DNA of 64,000 bases. Origin: Alkalicoccus sp. Lineage in GTDB: Bacteria; Bacillota; Bacilli; Bacillales; Salisediminibacteriaceae. Shown here one piece after another: positions 31,837 to 43,393 of this stretch; the stretch's first letter is position 1; the number at the start of each line of letters is the position of its first letter. Location of the stretch: assembly GCA_007692495.1 (NCBI GenBank), contig REBZ01000152.1:16626-80625 (forward strand), given 5' to 3'. The notes beneath the pieces were generated by a model. The model was not told the origin of the DNA. It worked only from the letters and a program-made list of their open reading frames with translations, and ran no database searches. Made by a program: the position numbers and the translations under genes.

Positions 31837-32085
31837 GGCAGGCTGCCGTTTTTGAAAACGGGGTGCTACCTTGTTATTCTTCCGGTCCCTGTGGAGGATA
31901 AAGCCCCCGATAAACCAGACGCCGACAGCAAGACAGATCATACCTGCGAGAAATTGAAGATAATGGGAAGGGAAAGGAGCGTTTAAAATCTGAAATAGAG
32001 TATCTCTCATAAGTTTTATGCCATATCCTGCTGTAACGATAGGGATAAGCAGAATAACTAAAGCGGCAAATCGCTGGATCGTCAT
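31816..32085 (-). CDS. Small membrane protein (DUF2627/YqzF-like)
   Basis: Two TM helices; GIKLMRD, GGFILHRDRK..KV; divergent from bkdR. Confidence 0.8.
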   Translation of the reverse strand: MTIQRFAALVILLIPIVTAGYGIKLMRDTLFQILNAPFPSHYLQFLAGMICLAVGVWFIGGFILHRDRKNNKVAPRFQKRQPAKKNLEV

Positions 32086-32244
32086 TGTATTCCCTCATTT
32101 CAAACCGTAATCTCAGCCTTATTCTAAAGGATTACGGCAGAAAAGTCGAGTAGCCTGCAAAGCCAGTATTTTGTATAGTAGAGAGTAACATGCTAAAAAC
32201 AGTATTCCCCTGGTGCGAAGCAGGGTGGAAAGGGCAGATGAAAG

Positions 32245-34215
32245 ATGGATATACTTCTGAACGGTACAAAGAGAGAAATAGAGCATTTTCTGAATGATAC
32301 CCCCATCCCCGAACCTTTCAATATATGCGGTATTGTTATTACTACGAACGAAAAAACAGATTTTAAGATCCCCGAATACAATTCATTGAAAGAAGCGGAA
32401 AAAGCAGTTCCGCATGCGCTCATAATAGGAGAAAAAGCAGAAATAAGTTTTCAGTCAGGACGCGGTCTGATAAAACGGCTGCACGAAAACTACAGAGAGC
32501 TTCAAGTGGTAAGGCGCCGGAACAAAAAGCTTCATAAAATTGTTAACAGTACGCATGATGGAATGATCGCCATAGACGGCGAGGAAAAAATCACCCTCAT
32601 TAATAGACGGGCTGAAGAAATGACAGGGTTATCAGCAGAGAGCTCGATAGGTAAATATATTCAAAAAGAAATGCCGAGCAGCAGACTTCCGCGCGTATTA
32701 AAAACAAAGAAAACAGAATTTAACCGTAAACAGCAGATTGGTGAAAACAGGACAATTATTACTACAAGAGTACCTATGTACGATGAAGGGGCAATAATAG
32801 GTGTTCTTGCTGTATTTCGTGACATAACAGAAATAGAAAATATGGCAGAAGAAGTCACCAACCTGAAAAGCATACGTACGATGCTGGAAGCGATAATTGA
32901 ATCATCCAATGATGCCATATCAGTTGTGGATAATGAAGGGCACGGCTTATTAATTAATCCTGCCTATACCCGGCTTACCGGCCTTACTAAAGGAGAAGTT
33001 ATAGGAAAACCTGCAGCCACCGACATTTCTGAGGGAGAAAGCATACATATGAAGGTACTGCAGAGTGGATCATCAGTGAGAGGAGCCAGAATGAAAGTGG
33101 GCCCCTCAAGACGTGACGTCGTCGTCAATGCGGCACCTCTGATTGTGGACGAAGCTGTCCAGGGAAGTGTCGGTGTTATTCACGATGTATCTGAAATGGA
33201 AGCTCTTACAACCGAACTGGAACAGGCACGGCGGATTATCAGGACTTTAGAGGCGAAATACGAATTTGCTGATATTGCAGGAAACTCCTCTGAACTTCAA
33301 ATGGCCGTTGATCAGGCGAAAGCAGCAGCAAAGACGCCGGCAGCTATTCTTCTCCGGGGGGAATCAGGTACTGGAAAAGAACTTTTTGCCCACGCGGTTC
33401 ATAACGAAAGCCGTAGAAAATACAACAGGTTTGTCCGGGTGAATTGCGCCGCACTTTCCGAAACGCTTTTGGAAAGTGAGCTTTTCGGTTACGTGGAAGG
33501 CGCTTTTTCCGGAGCAAGGCGGGGAGGAAAAAAGGGGCTGTTTGAAGAAGCCGATAAAGGAAGTATATTTCTTGATGAAATTGGTGAACTTTCTGCAAAA
33601 ATGCAGGCTAAACTGCTCCGTGTTCTTCAGGAAGGAGAAATTGTAAAAGTCGGGGGAACGAAATCCGAAGAAGTAGATGTGCGTATTATTGCAGCTACAA
33701 ACGTAGATATTGAAAAGAAAATCGAAAGTGGTGAGTTTCGTCAGGATCTATATTACCGGCTGAACAGGGTACCGATCTACATTCCGGCTCTGCGTGAACG
33801 AAGCGAGGATATCCCCGTAATCTCCACATACCTCCTCGAAAAGCTCAATCAGGAATATGGACGGTTTGTTCAGGAAATCTCTGAAGAGGCCCTCCTGAAG
33901 CTGCAGCAGTATCAGTGGCCGGGGAACGTAAGAGAACTGGAAAATGTACTCGGCAGAGCAATAATACACATGTCCCAGAGTGCGCGTATTATACAGGTTT
34001 CCGACTTGTTTCCCGAAGAAGAAAAAACAGGTATGCTGCTTGAAAAAACAGGAACTTCTCAAAAAATCCCTTTGGCAGATCAGATAGAAAAAGCAGAAAA
34101 AAAAGCTCTTCAGCAGGCGCTGATTGAGGAGAATGGAAACAAAACCAAAACAGCCCGCCGTCTGCACATCAGCCTCCGCAGTTTATATTATAAAATGGAG
34201 AAACATAACCTTTAA
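32245..34215 (+). CDS. bkdR: Sigma-54-dependent activator BkdR
   Basis: Two PAS domains, [15 protein letters not shown]-terminal HTH; upstream of the bkd operon. Confidence 0.9.
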   Translation: MDILLNGTKREIEHFLNDTPIPEPFNICGIVITTNEKTDFKIPEYNSLKEAEKAVPHALIIGEKAEISFQSGRGLIKRLHENYRELQVVRRRNKKLHKIVNSTHDGMIAIDGEEKITLINRRAEEMTGLSAESSIGKYIQKEMPSSRLPRVLKTKKTEFNRKQQIGENRTIITTRVPMYDEGAIIGVLAVFRDITEIENMAEEVTNLKSIRTMLEAIIESSNDAISVVDNEGHGLLINPAYTRLTGLTKGEVIGKPAATDISEGESIHMKVLQSGSSVRGARMKVGPSRRDVVVNAAPLIVDEAVQGSVGVIHDVSEMEALTTELEQARRIIRTLEAKYEFADIAGNSSELQMAVDQAKAAAKTPAAILLRGESGTGKELFAHAVHNESRRKYNRFVRVNCAALSETLLESELFGYVEGAFSGARRGGKKGLFEEADKGSIFLDEIGELSAKMQAKLLRVLQEGEIVKVGGTKSEEVDVRIIAATNVDIEKKIESGEFRQDLYYRLNRVPIYIPALRERSEDIPVISTYLLEKLNQEYGRFVQEISEEALLKLQQYQWPGNVRELENVLGRAIIHMSQSARIIQVSDLFPEEEKTGMLLEKTGTSQKIPLADQIEKAEKKALQQALIEENGNKTKTARRLHISLRSLYYKMEKHNL

Positions 34216-34263
34216 TGCAAATAAATGCATGCAATAAATTGCATGGCATGAATATTATTGCAT
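34215..34263. promoter_or_regulatory. Three tandem ATGCA-N6-TGCAT palindromes, putative BkdR UAS
   Basis: atgcaaataaatgcat, atgcaataaattgcat, atgaatattattgcat. Confidence 0.6.
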
Positions 34264-34304
34264 GGTTTAGTGAGTATTACTTGTGTAAAATAAGGTGTTG
34301 AACT

Positions 34305-34320
34305 TGGCATCATTCTTGCA
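34305..34320 (+). promoter_or_regulatory. Sigma-54 (SigL) -24/-12 promoter
   Basis: TGGCAT-CATTC-TTGCA with GG and GC 12 bp apart. Confidence 0.85.
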
Positions 34321-34360
34321 AATTAATTAAAGTACAGCATTTTTAAAAGGAGTGTAGGCA

Positions 34361-35266
34361 ATGGATTTCGAGTCTTTAAAATTGACGGTTCTTCAAAGCC
34401 GGTCCCGGACGGTTATTGCCGTAGCGCATGCTGTGGATCCTTCAATATTCCGCGCGGCACGGTCGGCGATAGAGCAGTCTCTTGCTGATTTTCATTTTAT
34501 CGGTCCGTTCCAGGAGATGACAGATGCCATGAAAGAAGCAGATTTTGAAGAAGTGAAAGGAGTAACATCTTTTACTGACTGCACGGATGAAAAAGAAGCA
34601 GCCGAAAAAGCTGTTCGTCTCGTTTCCAATGGAGAAGCAGATGTGCTTATGAAAGGAATGGTATCAACTTCCGTCCTGTTAAAGTCAGTGCTGCATAAAG
34701 AGTATGGCCTTAGGACAGGTAATGTACTTTCCCACATTGCCGGGTTTGACATGCCTGGAAGAGAGAAAGTTTTATTTTTGACGGATGCAGCTATGAATAT
34801 TGCTCCGGATCTTAAAGAAAAAGTACAGATCGTCGAGAATGCTGTGTCAGCACTTCATCAAATGGGCATAAAAGAACCTAAAGCAGCTTTACTTGCTGCT
34901 GTCGAAACAGTAAACCCTGCAATGCCGGCCACTCTCGATGCAGCAGCAATCACGCAGATGAACAGGCGGGGGCAGATAGGCGGATGCATAGTGGATGGGC
35001 CGCTTGGATTTGATAATGCTGTATCAGCTGAAGCAGCTGCCCGCAAAAAAATTATGTCCCCGGTGGCAGGAGCCGCTGATCTTATCGTATCTCCGGAGAT
35101 TGAAACAGGAAATTCCCTTTATAAATCATTTACTTATATCGGGAAGGCTACAGCTGGAGGAATGATTGTCGGAGCCCGTGCGCCAATTGTACTTACTTCA
35201 AGAACTGATACTGAAAAAAGCAGATTATTATCGATAGTTATGGCTGCTGCCTCCAGAAAAGTCTAA
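34361..35266 (+). CDS. ptb: Phosphate butyryltransferase
   Basis: ADVLMKG, TDAAMNIAP, VDGPLGFDNA, LTSR. Confidence 0.88.
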   Translation: MDFESLKLTVLQSRSRTVIAVAHAVDPSIFRAARSAIEQSLADFHFIGPFQEMTDAMKEADFEEVKGVTSFTDCTDEKEAAEKAVRLVSNGEADVLMKGMVSTSVLLKSVLHKEYGLRTGNVLSHIAGFDMPGREKVLFLTDAAMNIAPDLKEKVQIVENAVSALHQMGIKEPKAALLAAVETVNPAMPATLDAAAITQMNRRGQIGGCIVDGPLGFDNAVSAEAAARKKIMSPVAGAADLIVSPEIETGNSLYKSFTYIGKATAGGMIVGARAPIVLTSRTDTEKSRLLSIVMAAASRKV

Positions 35267-35401
35267 ATAAAGACCTGCTTCATCCGAAATAAGATAAATA
35301 TTTTCCGCATATTTCTGCGTCGGACAGCAGCGTGGTTTTATCAATAACAAAGAATTTCAATACACAAAAAAACACAGATAGATTTATAGGAGGAATCAAT
35401 T

Positions 35402-36499
35402 ATGAAATTGTTTACACATATGGAAGAATATGATTATGAACAGGTCGTAGTGTGCCAGGATAAAGAATCCGGCCTGAAAGCAATAATTGCTATTCACGAC
35501 ACGACGCTCGGACCAGCACTCGGGGGGACAAGAATGTGGACTTACGATACGGAGGAAAAAGCTTTTGAAGATGCTCTTCGTCTCGCCCGGGGAATGACTT
35601 ATAAAAACGCTGCGGCAGGGCTGAATCTCGGTGGAGGAAAAACAGTTATTATAGGCGACCCGAAAAAAGATAAGAACGAAGCGATGTTCCGTGCTTTCGG
35701 ACGGTTTATCCAAGGTCTTAACGGCAGGTATATTACCGCTGAAGATGTTGGTACAACGGTAGAAGATATGGACCTTGTGTATTCAGAGACAGATCATGTG
35801 ACAGGAGTGTCTCCTGCCTTTGGATCCTCAGGAAATCCGTCACCTGTGACCGGGTATGGAGTATACGTAGGAATGAAAGCTGCTGCCAGAGAGGCATTTG
35901 GTTCAGATTCTCTCGAAGGGAAAAAAGTAGCGGTTCAGGGCATTGGTAACGTAGCCTTCAGTATGTGCAGATACCTCCATGAGGAGGGGGCTGAACTGAT
36001 TGTAACTGACATAAACAAAGAAGCTGTTAACCGGGCAGTGGAGGAATTCGGAGCAAAACCTGTAGATATTGACGATATTTACAGTATAGACTGCGATATT
36101 TATTCGCCATGTGCTTTAGGTGCGACAATTAACGATAATACTATTCCGAAACTGAAAGCGAAAGTGGTGGCAGGCGCAGCCAACAATCAGCTTCTGGAGA
36201 ACCGTCACGGGGATATTCTGCAGGAAAAGGGGATAGTTTACGCACCGGATTATGTCATCAATTCGGGTGGAGTAATAAATGTTTCCGACGAACTCCTGGG
36301 CTACAACCGGGAGCGGGCTATGAAAAAAGTGGAAACAATATACGACAGTATAGAAAAGATATTTGAAATATCCAAAAGAGATAATATTCCAACCTATGCA
36401 GCTGCGAACCGACTGGCCGAAGAGAGGATTGAAACGATGAGAAAATCCCGGCGGCAGTTTCTGCAGAACGGAATGAATATTTTATCCCGCGGCAGGTAA
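35402..36499 (+). CDS. bcd: Leucine (branched-chain amino acid) dehydrogenase
   Basis: [26 protein letters not shown]. Confidence 0.95.
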   Translation: MKLFTHMEEYDYEQVVVCQDKESGLKAIIAIHDTTLGPALGGTRMWTYDTEEKAFEDALRLARGMTYKNAAAGLNLGGGKTVIIGDPKKDKNEAMFRAFGRFIQGLNGRYITAEDVGTTVEDMDLVYSETDHVTGVSPAFGSSGNPSPVTGYGVYVGMKAAAREAFGSDSLEGKKVAVQGIGNVAFSMCRYLHEEGAELIVTDINKEAVNRAVEEFGAKPVDIDDIYSIDCDIYSPCALGATINDNTIPKLKAKVVAGAANNQLLENRHGDILQEKGIVYAPDYVINSGGVINVSDELLGYNRERAMKKVETIYDSIEKIFEISKRDNIPTYAAANRLAEERIETMRKSRRQFLQNGMNILSRGR

Positions 36500-36513
36500 T
36501 TAAGGAGGAAAAT

Positions 36514-37620
36514 GTGGAGAAGCAATATAGAATACTAGCATTGAATCCGGGGTCTACTTCCACGAAAATAGGGATTTACGATAATGAACACGAAATTCTC
36601 GAGAAAACTATCCGTCACGAGAGAAGTGACCTGGCGTCCTGTCCCACCATCATTGATCAGTACTCCTTCCGGAAAAAAATGATTCTGCAGACACTTGATC
36701 AGTCAGGAATCAATTTATCCAAACTGTCGGCTGTTGTAGGCAGGGGCGGCCTGCTGAGACCAATAGAGGGAGGCACTTACACAGTCAGTGAAGACATGCT
36801 CACAGATCTGAAGGAAGGTTATGCAGGGGAACATGCGTCCAACCTTGGTGGGATCATTGCGTTTGAAATAGCAGAACAGCTTAACATTTCCGCCTTCATA
36901 GTAGATCCCGTTGTCGTCGATGAACTAATGCCGGAAGCCAGAATTTCAGGCTTTGCCGATATTGAACGAAAAAGTATTTTTCACGCACTCAATCAAAAAG
37001 CTGCCGCACGGCAGGCTGCAGAAAAAATGGATAAGAGCTATGAAGATATCCGGCTCATCGTAACGCACATGGGCGGCGGTATAACTGTAGGAGCCCATTG
37101 CTTCGGGCGGGTTATTGATGTGAACAATGGTCTGCACGGAGAAGGACCGTTTTCGCCGGAGCGGGCAGGAACAGTGCCGGCCGGGGATCTTGTAGCTATG
37201 TGCTACTCAGGAGAATACTATTCGGATGAGGTCATGAAAAAAATAGTAGGCGGCGGTGGACTCGTCGGTTATCTCGGGACGAATGATGCTGTAGAAGTGG
37301 AAAATAGAATCTCCAGGGGAGATGAAAAGGCTGAATCTATTTATAATGCTATGGCACTTCAGATAAGTAAGGAAATTGCAGCAAGTGCAGCCGTTCTGGA
37401 AGGAAGGGTGGATGCGATTGTCCTTACTGGAGGTCTTGCGCACGGTGAAGAATTTATCCAAAAAATCTGTTCCCGGATTGAATGGATTGCAGATATAATT
37501 GTAATGCCCGGTGAAAATGAACTGGAGGCACTCAGTGCAGGAGCTCTCCGGGTTCTGCGGGGGCAGGAAAGACCGAAAACATATGTTATACCTGAAGCAG
37601 ATAAAATAAAGGAGAGATAA
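36514..37620 (+). CDS. buk: Butyrate/branched-chain fatty acid kinase
   Basis: [24 protein letters not shown]. Confidence 0.95.
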   Translation: MEKQYRILALNPGSTSTKIGIYDNEHEILEKTIRHERSDLASCPTIIDQYSFRKKMILQTLDQSGINLSKLSAVVGRGGLLRPIEGGTYTVSEDMLTDLKEGYAGEHASNLGGIIAFEIAEQLNISAFIVDPVVVDELMPEARISGFADIERKSIFHALNQKAAARQAAEKMDKSYEDIRLIVTHMGGGITVGAHCFGRVIDVNNGLHGEGPFSPERAGTVPAGDLVAMCYSGEYYSDEVMKKIVGGGGLVGYLGTNDAVEVENRISRGDEKAESIYNAMALQISKEIAASAAVLEGRVDAIVLTGGLAHGEEFIQKICSRIEWIADIIVMPGENELEALSAGALRVLRGQERPKTYVIPEADKIKER

Positions 37621-37622
37621 GT

Positions 37623-39050
37623 ATGGCAGAAAAATATGATCTGGTCATATTAGGAGCTGGTACCGGCGGGTATGTTGCAGCTATTAAAGCAGCTCAGCTG
37701 AATTTGAATGTAGCAGTAGTAGAAAAAGCAAAACTCGGAGGAACATGCCTTCATCAGGGCTGCATTCCAAGTAAAGCTCTTCTGCGGAGTGCAGAAGTTT
37801 TTAAGACGGTTAAGCAGGCGGAGACATTCGGTGTAGAAACAAAGGAGACCGCTTTGAATTTTCCGAAAGTAATGGAAAGAAAACAGCAGATCGTTGATCA
37901 GCTTTATAATGGTGTGCAGTCTCTCATGAAGAAAGGGAAAATTGATGTTTACAAAGGGTTGGGGAGAATTCTCGGTCCGTCCATCTTTTCGCCGACTCCG
38001 GGGACGATCTCGGTTGAATATGAAGAAGAAGACCGGGAAAATGATATGCTTATACCTTCCAATGTTATCGTTGCCACCGGAAGCAGGCCGAGAACACTTC
38101 CCGGTCTTGAGCTCGATGAAAAAAATATCCTTTCTTCCAATGGGGCTCTCGCGATGGAAGAACTTCCTTCTTCTATATCGATTATAGGAGGAGGAGTTAT
38201 CGGTGTTGAATGGGCTTCCATGTTCGCTGATTTTGGGGTGGCAGTAAACGTCTTTGAATATACGAACCGGCTTCTTCCGACAGAAGACAAAGAAATTTCA
38301 AAAGAAATGGAAAAAGCTCTGGCTGCAAGAGGTGTAGTTATACACACCGGAGCAAAGGTCGATGCTTCCGGGGTGAAAACAGTGGAGGATGGAGTTGTGG
38401 TCCCGTATACATCAGAAAGTGGGCTGAAAGAAGTTAAAACTGATAAAGTACTTGTCTCCGTGGGCAGAGAGCCGAATGTAAAAAACATCGGTCTCGAAAA
38501 TACTGATATTATCGTGGAAAACGGCTTTATTAAAGTAAATAAACATTATCAGACCAAAGAAAGTCACATATATGCAGTGGGAGACGTTATTGGGGGAATG
38601 CAGCTTGCCCATGTAGCTTCCCACGAAGGAATTGCGGCCGTCGAACATATATCAGGTGGGAACCCTCATCCGGTGGATCCACAGATGACTGCAAGATGTA
38701 CTTATTCTTCCCCTGAGGCGGCAAGTGTCGGATTGACAGAAGATGAAGCAGCAGAAAAAGGTTATAACGTAAAAACGGGGAAATTTCCTTTCCAGGCTGT
38801 CGGTAAAGCACTAGTCCACGGAGACACTTCCGGTTTCGTAAAGTTCGTAACAGATAAAGATACAGACGATCTTCTCGGCGTTCATATGATCGGACCGCAT
38901 GTTACTGATATGATTTCTGAAGCAGCACTGGCAAAGCTTCTCGATGCCACTCACTGGGAAGTAGCTTCTTCCATCCATCCTCATCCGAGCCTTTCTGAAG
39001 CAATAGGGGAAGCAGCACTCGCTGTCGATGGTAAACAGATACATGGGTAA
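37623..39050 (+). CDS. lpdV: Dihydrolipoamide dehydrogenase (BCKDH E3)
   Basis: GGTCLHQGCIPSK, HPHPSLSE. Confidence 0.93.
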   Translation: MAEKYDLVILGAGTGGYVAAIKAAQLNLNVAVVEKAKLGGTCLHQGCIPSKALLRSAEVFKTVKQAETFGVETKETALNFPKVMERKQQIVDQLYNGVQSLMKKGKIDVYKGLGRILGPSIFSPTPGTISVEYEEEDRENDMLIPSNVIVATGSRPRTLPGLELDEKNILSSNGALAMEELPSSISIIGGGVIGVEWASMFADFGVAVNVFEYTNRLLPTEDKEISKEMEKALAARGVVIHTGAKVDASGVKTVEDGVVVPYTSESGLKEVKTDKVLVSVGREPNVKNIGLENTDIIVENGFIKVNKHYQTKESHIYAVGDVIGGMQLAHVASHEGIAAVEHISGGNPHPVDPQMTARCTYSSPEAASVGLTEDEAAEKGYNVKTGKFPFQAVGKALVHGDTSGFVKFVTDKDTDDLLGVHMIGPHVTDMISEAALAKLLDATHWEVASSIHPHPSLSEAIGEAALAVDGKQIHG

Positions 39051-39072
39051 TGAATTTAAGGAGGTTTCAACT

Positions 39073-40068
39073 ATGGAAAAAAATCGTCATGAAGCTCTCG
39101 GCCTGAGCAGTGAAGATGTTCTGAAGATGTATACAACAATGGTGGAAGCGCGCATGATTGATGAGCGGATGTGGCTGCTGAACCGCGCCGGGAAAATTCC
39201 GTTTGTGATTTCCTGTCAGGGGCAGGAGGCAGCTCAGGTAGGTGCTGCCATGGCACTTGATAATACGGCAGACTACGTCCTTCCGTACTACCGGGATATG
39301 GGGGTAGTCCTCCATTTTGGAATGACTGCAAAAGAATTAATGCTTTCCGGATTTGCCAAAGCGGAAGATCCCAACTCCGGCGGCCGGCAGATGCCGGGGC
39401 ATTTCGGATACAAAGCTAAGCGGATTGTGACCGGGTCTTCTCCTGTAACTACCCAGGTGCCTCACGCTGTAGGATTTGGACTGGCAGCAAAAATGAAAAA
39501 CCAGGAATTCGTAGCTTTTACCACGTTTGGTGAAGGGTCCTCCAACCAGGGAGACTTCCATGAAGGAATTAACTTTGCAAGCGTGCATGATCTTCCAGTA
39601 ATTTTTATGTGTGAAAACAATAAATATGCTATCTCTGTCCCTCTGGACAAACAGTTGAACATTGAGCATGTGTCAGACCGTGCACACGGTTACGGTATTC
39701 ACGGAGAATCGGTTGACGGGAACGACCCGCTGGCAGTTTACGAAGCAGTTGCAGCAGCGAGGGAAAGAGCATTAAAAGGGGAGGGACCGTCACTCATTGA
39801 AACTGTTTCCTACAGACTGACCCCCCATTCCAGTGATGACGATGACAGCACGTACAGGTCAAAAGAAGAAGTGGCAGAAGCTAAAAAGATAGATTCTATC
39901 CACACATTCGGCCAGTACCTGCGGGAAGCAGGCATTTTGACAGACGAGCTGGAAAACGATATACGAGCAAAGCTCCGCCGTGAAATCGATGAAGCGACGG
40001 ACTACGCGGAAGAGGCTGATTATGCCGATGTCAGTACATTAGCGCACTACGTTTACGAGGAGGAATGA
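39073..40068 (+). CDS. bkdAA: Branched-chain 2-oxoacid dehydrogenase E1 alpha
   Basis: GEGSSNQGDFHE, PHSSDDDD; ATG at 39073 after AAGGAGG. Confidence 0.95.
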   Translation: MEKNRHEALGLSSEDVLKMYTTMVEARMIDERMWLLNRAGKIPFVISCQGQEAAQVGAAMALDNTADYVLPYYRDMGVVLHFGMTAKELMLSGFAKAEDPNSGGRQMPGHFGYKAKRIVTGSSPVTTQVPHAVGFGLAAKMKNQEFVAFTTFGEGSSNQGDFHEGINFASVHDLPVIFMCENNKYAISVPLDKQLNIEHVSDRAHGYGIHGESVDGNDPLAVYEAVAAARERALKGEGPSLIETVSYRLTPHSSDDDDSTYRSKEEVAEAKKIDSIHTFGQYLREAGILTDELENDIRAKLRREIDEATDYAEEADYADVSTLAHYVYEEE

Positions 40069-40072
40069 TAAG

Positions 40073-41056
40073 ATGCCAGTTTTAACATATATCGAAGCAA
40101 TAACGCAGGCTATGAAGGAAGAAATGGCCAGAGATGAAAATGTGTTCGTACTCGGTGAAGACGTAGGAAAAAGAGGCGGCGTATTCCGCGCTACGGACGG
40201 TCTGTATGATGAATTCGGGGAAGAACGTGTAATAGACACTCCGCTTGCCGAATCGGCTATCGCAGGGGTCGGTATTGGTGCGGCGATGTTTGGACTGCGT
40301 CCGGTAGCGGAAATGCAGTTCGCAGATTTTATTATGCCGGCGGTGAACCAGATTGTATCAGAAGCGGCTAAAATACGTTACCGCTCCAATAATGACTGGA
40401 CATGCCCTATCACTATCCGGGCACCTTTTGGAGGTGGTGTGCACGGAGCGCTGTACCATTCCCAGTCGGTGGAAGCCCTTTTTGCCAATACGCCGGGTCT
40501 TAAAATTGTTATTCCGTCGTCTCCCTATGATGCGAAAGGCCTTTTAAAAGCTGCTATCCGCTCGAACGATCCTGTACTGTTTTTTGAACATAAACGTGCG
40601 TACCGTCTTTTGAAGGAAGAAGTACCGGAAGAGGACTACACTGTCCCTATTGGAAAAGCGGCAGCAGTCCGGGAGGGAGATGACATTACGGTCATTACTT
40701 ACGGGCTGTGCATCCAGTTTGCGAAGCAGGCAGCTGAACAGATGGCTGAAGACGGGTATGAAGCTCATATCCTTGATCTTCGTACCGTATATCCTCTGGA
40801 TAAAGAAGCAATTATTGAAGCGGCAAAAAAGACGGGTAAAGTTCTTCTTGTAACAGAAGATAACGAAGAAGGAAGTGTCATGAGTGAAGTTTCAGCTATT
40901 ATAGCAGAAAACTGTCTTTTTGAACTGGATGCCCCGGTAAAAAGGCTCGCCGGACCGAACGTTCCTGCAATGCCGTATACCCCGGCTCTTGAAAAAAAAT
41001 TCATGGTAAATGCGGATAAAGTGGAAGAAGCAATGCGGGAGCTTGCGGAATTTTAG
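40073..41056 (+). CDS. bkdAB: Branched-chain 2-oxoacid dehydrogenase E1 beta
   Basis: DTPLAES, EMQFADF, HGALYHSQS. Confidence 0.95.
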   Translation: MPVLTYIEAITQAMKEEMARDENVFVLGEDVGKRGGVFRATDGLYDEFGEERVIDTPLAESAIAGVGIGAAMFGLRPVAEMQFADFIMPAVNQIVSEAAKIRYRSNNDWTCPITIRAPFGGGVHGALYHSQSVEALFANTPGLKIVIPSSPYDAKGLLKAAIRSNDPVLFFEHKRAYRLLKEEVPEEDYTVPIGKAAAVREGDDITVITYGLCIQFAKQAAEQMAEDGYEAHILDLRTVYPLDKEAIIEAAKKTGKVLLVTEDNEEGSVMSEVSAIIAENCLFELDAPVKRLAGPNVPAMPYTPALEKKFMVNADKVEEAMRELAEF

Positions 41057-41083
41057 TATGAACATATAAAGGAGGCCTTTACG

Positions 41084-42355
41084 ATGGCAACAGAAATTAC
41101 CATGCCCCAGCTTGGTGAAAGTGTGACGGAGGGAACCATCACAAAATGGCTAGTTCAGCCTGGTGATAAAGTGAATAAATACGATCCCCTTGCGGAAGTT
41201 ATGACCGACAAAGTGAATGCAGAAGTGCCTTCTTCCTACACGGGAACTATCGGGGAACTCATTGCAGCAGAAGACGAAAAAGTGGAAGTCGGCCAGGTAA
41301 TCTGTACGATGGAAGTCGAAGGAGCTGCAAAAAGTAAAAGTACGGAATCAGCTCCCGGGAAACAATCACAAAAACCGGACAGTCCGGAAGATACAAAAAA
41401 GGCTGAAGATAAATCTTCAGCAGGACGTTATTCCCCGGCGGTGCTGAAACTAGCCCAGGAAAACGACATAGACCTTACTGGACTGGATGGCTCAGGCCGT
41501 GGAGGCAGAATTACAAGAAAAGATATTCTCGCAGCAATAGAAGATGGTGCAGGTGCAAAAAGTGAAACTCCTCAAACAGAAGCTTCAGCCGACAGACCGA
41601 AACCTGCAGACATGCCGGTTCAGAGCCAGGGAAGAGCTTCTGTACCGACAGGACGGACCGAAGAGATTCCAGTAACCGGAGTCCGTAAAGCTATTGCTCA
41701 GAACATGACTGCTTCCAAAAGGGAAGCTCCGCATGCCTGGATGATGGTGGAAGTGGACGTTACCGATCTTGTAAGACTTCGTGACAAGAAAAAAGCTGAT
41801 TTTCAAAAACAGGAAGGATTTAAGCTTACCTATCTTCCATTTTTTATGCAGGCTGTCGTCGACGCATTAAAAGTTTATCCGCAGGTAAATTCCAAGTGGG
41901 ACGGAGATAAAATTATACGCTATAAAGACGTCCACCTTTCCATGGCAGTTGCTACGGAAGAAGAACTTTTCGTGCCGGTAATTAAAAATGCAGACGAAAA
42001 AAATATTAAAGGTCTCGCCCGTTCATTAAATGAGATAGCAGGGAAAGTGCGCAGCCGTTCCCTGTCTTCCGAAGATATGCAGGGAGGAACGTTTACTCTC
42101 AACAACACCGGGTCTTTCGGTTCAGTACAGTCCCAGCCGATCATCAACACTCCGCAGGCCGCCATTCTATCAGTGGAATCGATAGTGAAGCGTCCGGTCG
42201 TACTTGATAACGATGCTATCGCAGTAAGGCATATAGTTAATCTCTGTATGTCCCTCGATCACAGAGTGCTTGATGGATATATCTGCGGAAAATTTATGAA
42301 TCATATTAAAACATCGCTTGAAAATATGAACGAAAGCTCAGTATCCATATATTAA
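41084..42355 (+). CDS. bkdB: Branched-chain 2-oxoacid dehydrogenase E2
   Basis: Lipoyl motif TDKV, E3-binding domain, DHRVLDG. Confidence 0.95.
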   Translation: MATEITMPQLGESVTEGTITKWLVQPGDKVNKYDPLAEVMTDKVNAEVPSSYTGTIGELIAAEDEKVEVGQVICTMEVEGAAKSKSTESAPGKQSQKPDSPEDTKKAEDKSSAGRYSPAVLKLAQENDIDLTGLDGSGRGGRITRKDILAAIEDGAGAKSETPQTEASADRPKPADMPVQSQGRASVPTGRTEEIPVTGVRKAIAQNMTASKREAPHAWMMVEVDVTDLVRLRDKKKADFQKQEGFKLTYLPFFMQAVVDALKVYPQVNSKWDGDKIIRYKDVHLSMAVATEEELFVPVIKNADEKNIKGLARSLNEIAGKVRSRSLSSEDMQGGTFTLNNTGSFGSVQSQPIINTPQAAILSVESIVKRPVVLDNDAIAVRHIVNLCMSLDHRVLDGYICGKFMNHIKTSLENMNESSVSIY

Positions 42356-42467
42356 ACAGAAAAAGTATCTTGCCCTAACCTTCTTTATATACGTCCTGTT
42401 TTCAGGCTGTAAATTTCTGTGCCGCGCCGGGGTTGGAAAATTCCCTGTAAAATTTTCATAATTTTAA

Positions 42468-42691
42468 AGCTATATTAAAGTTCGCTGTTGATGGATGGAG
42501 AAAAAGAAAAGTTCTACTTTTCATGAACCCTGTTCTTTATTCCGCAAAACTGATGCCAAGGCAGAGACGTCTGCGGAAAAAGAAAGGGGGGAAGATCCTC
42601 CCGGACAAAAGGACAGCCGCATGCTTTCTCCGTGGCAGGTGAAAAGAGCCGCAGGCGACTTTCAAAAACAACACGGAGCTTTAACAGAGTC
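42468..42691. mobile_element. Decayed MITE-like element with imperfect terminal inverted repeats
   Basis: agctatattaaagttcgctgttg (42468-42490) vs reverse complement of 42669-42691 (gactctgttaaagctccgtgttg): 16/23 identical; no transposase. Confidence 0.5.
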
Positions 42692-42784
42692 AATTATAAA
42701 AGAGCGTAGTGCGATAATCTTTGGAAAATCTTCTTATAACGTGTAAAATAAGAATGGAAATAAAGAAGAAAGGGTGAAAGACAC

Positions 42785-43213
42785 ATGGAATTTCAAATGT
42801 TTATGAACGATGTGGTACAGGCCGCTCGTCAGGATATGGATCAGGCTGGATATGATCAGCTGCAGTCAGCGGAGGAAGTAGAAGAAACACTGAATAAATC
42901 GGGAACTACTTTCGTCGTCATTAATTCTGTCTGTGGATGTGCAGGAGGTATTGCCCGTCCATCAGCTGCTTATATGAAAAATTACGAAGTGCAGCCGGAT
43001 CGTTTCGTTACCGTATTTGCAGGTCAGGATAAAGAAGCAACAGAAAAGGCCCGTTCCTATTTTACAGGATACCCGCCATCCTCACCTTCTTTTGCATTGC
43101 TTAAAGACGGCGAGCTGAAAGCGATGGTTGAACGCCATGAAATTGAAGGACACGAGCCGATCGAAGTTGTTAATAAACTCGAATCATATTTTGATGAGCA
43201 TTTCAAAAAATAA
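42785..43213 (+). CDS. brxB: Bacilliredoxin BrxB (YqiW)
   Basis: NSVCGCAGG, VFAGQDKEAT, PPSSPS; position after the bkd operon. Confidence 0.9.
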   Translation: MEFQMFMNDVVQAARQDMDQAGYDQLQSAEEVEETLNKSGTTFVVINSVCGCAGGIARPSAAYMKNYEVQPDRFVTVFAGQDKEATEKARSYFTGYPPSSPSFALLKDGELKAMVERHEIEGHEPIEVVNKLESYFDEHFKK

Positions 43214-43393
43214 TATTGTTTTACGATGATTTAATACCGGGAGCCGCATAATTAGTGCCGGCCCCGGTTATTTTTCTCCCGTGAAGCCTCCGGAAAGAAG
43301 AATCGGCCGGCAGTCTATGCAATAGAGAGTGGATATGCTATAATTTTAAACCGTGAGCATAAGTGCCGGAAATCATTTAGGAGTGGTGAACGA

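Noticed and set aside
42495-42746. 83-aa ORF between bkdB and brxB
   Set aside because: Lies mostly within the decayed repeat element, has no RBS and runs into the brxB upstream region.
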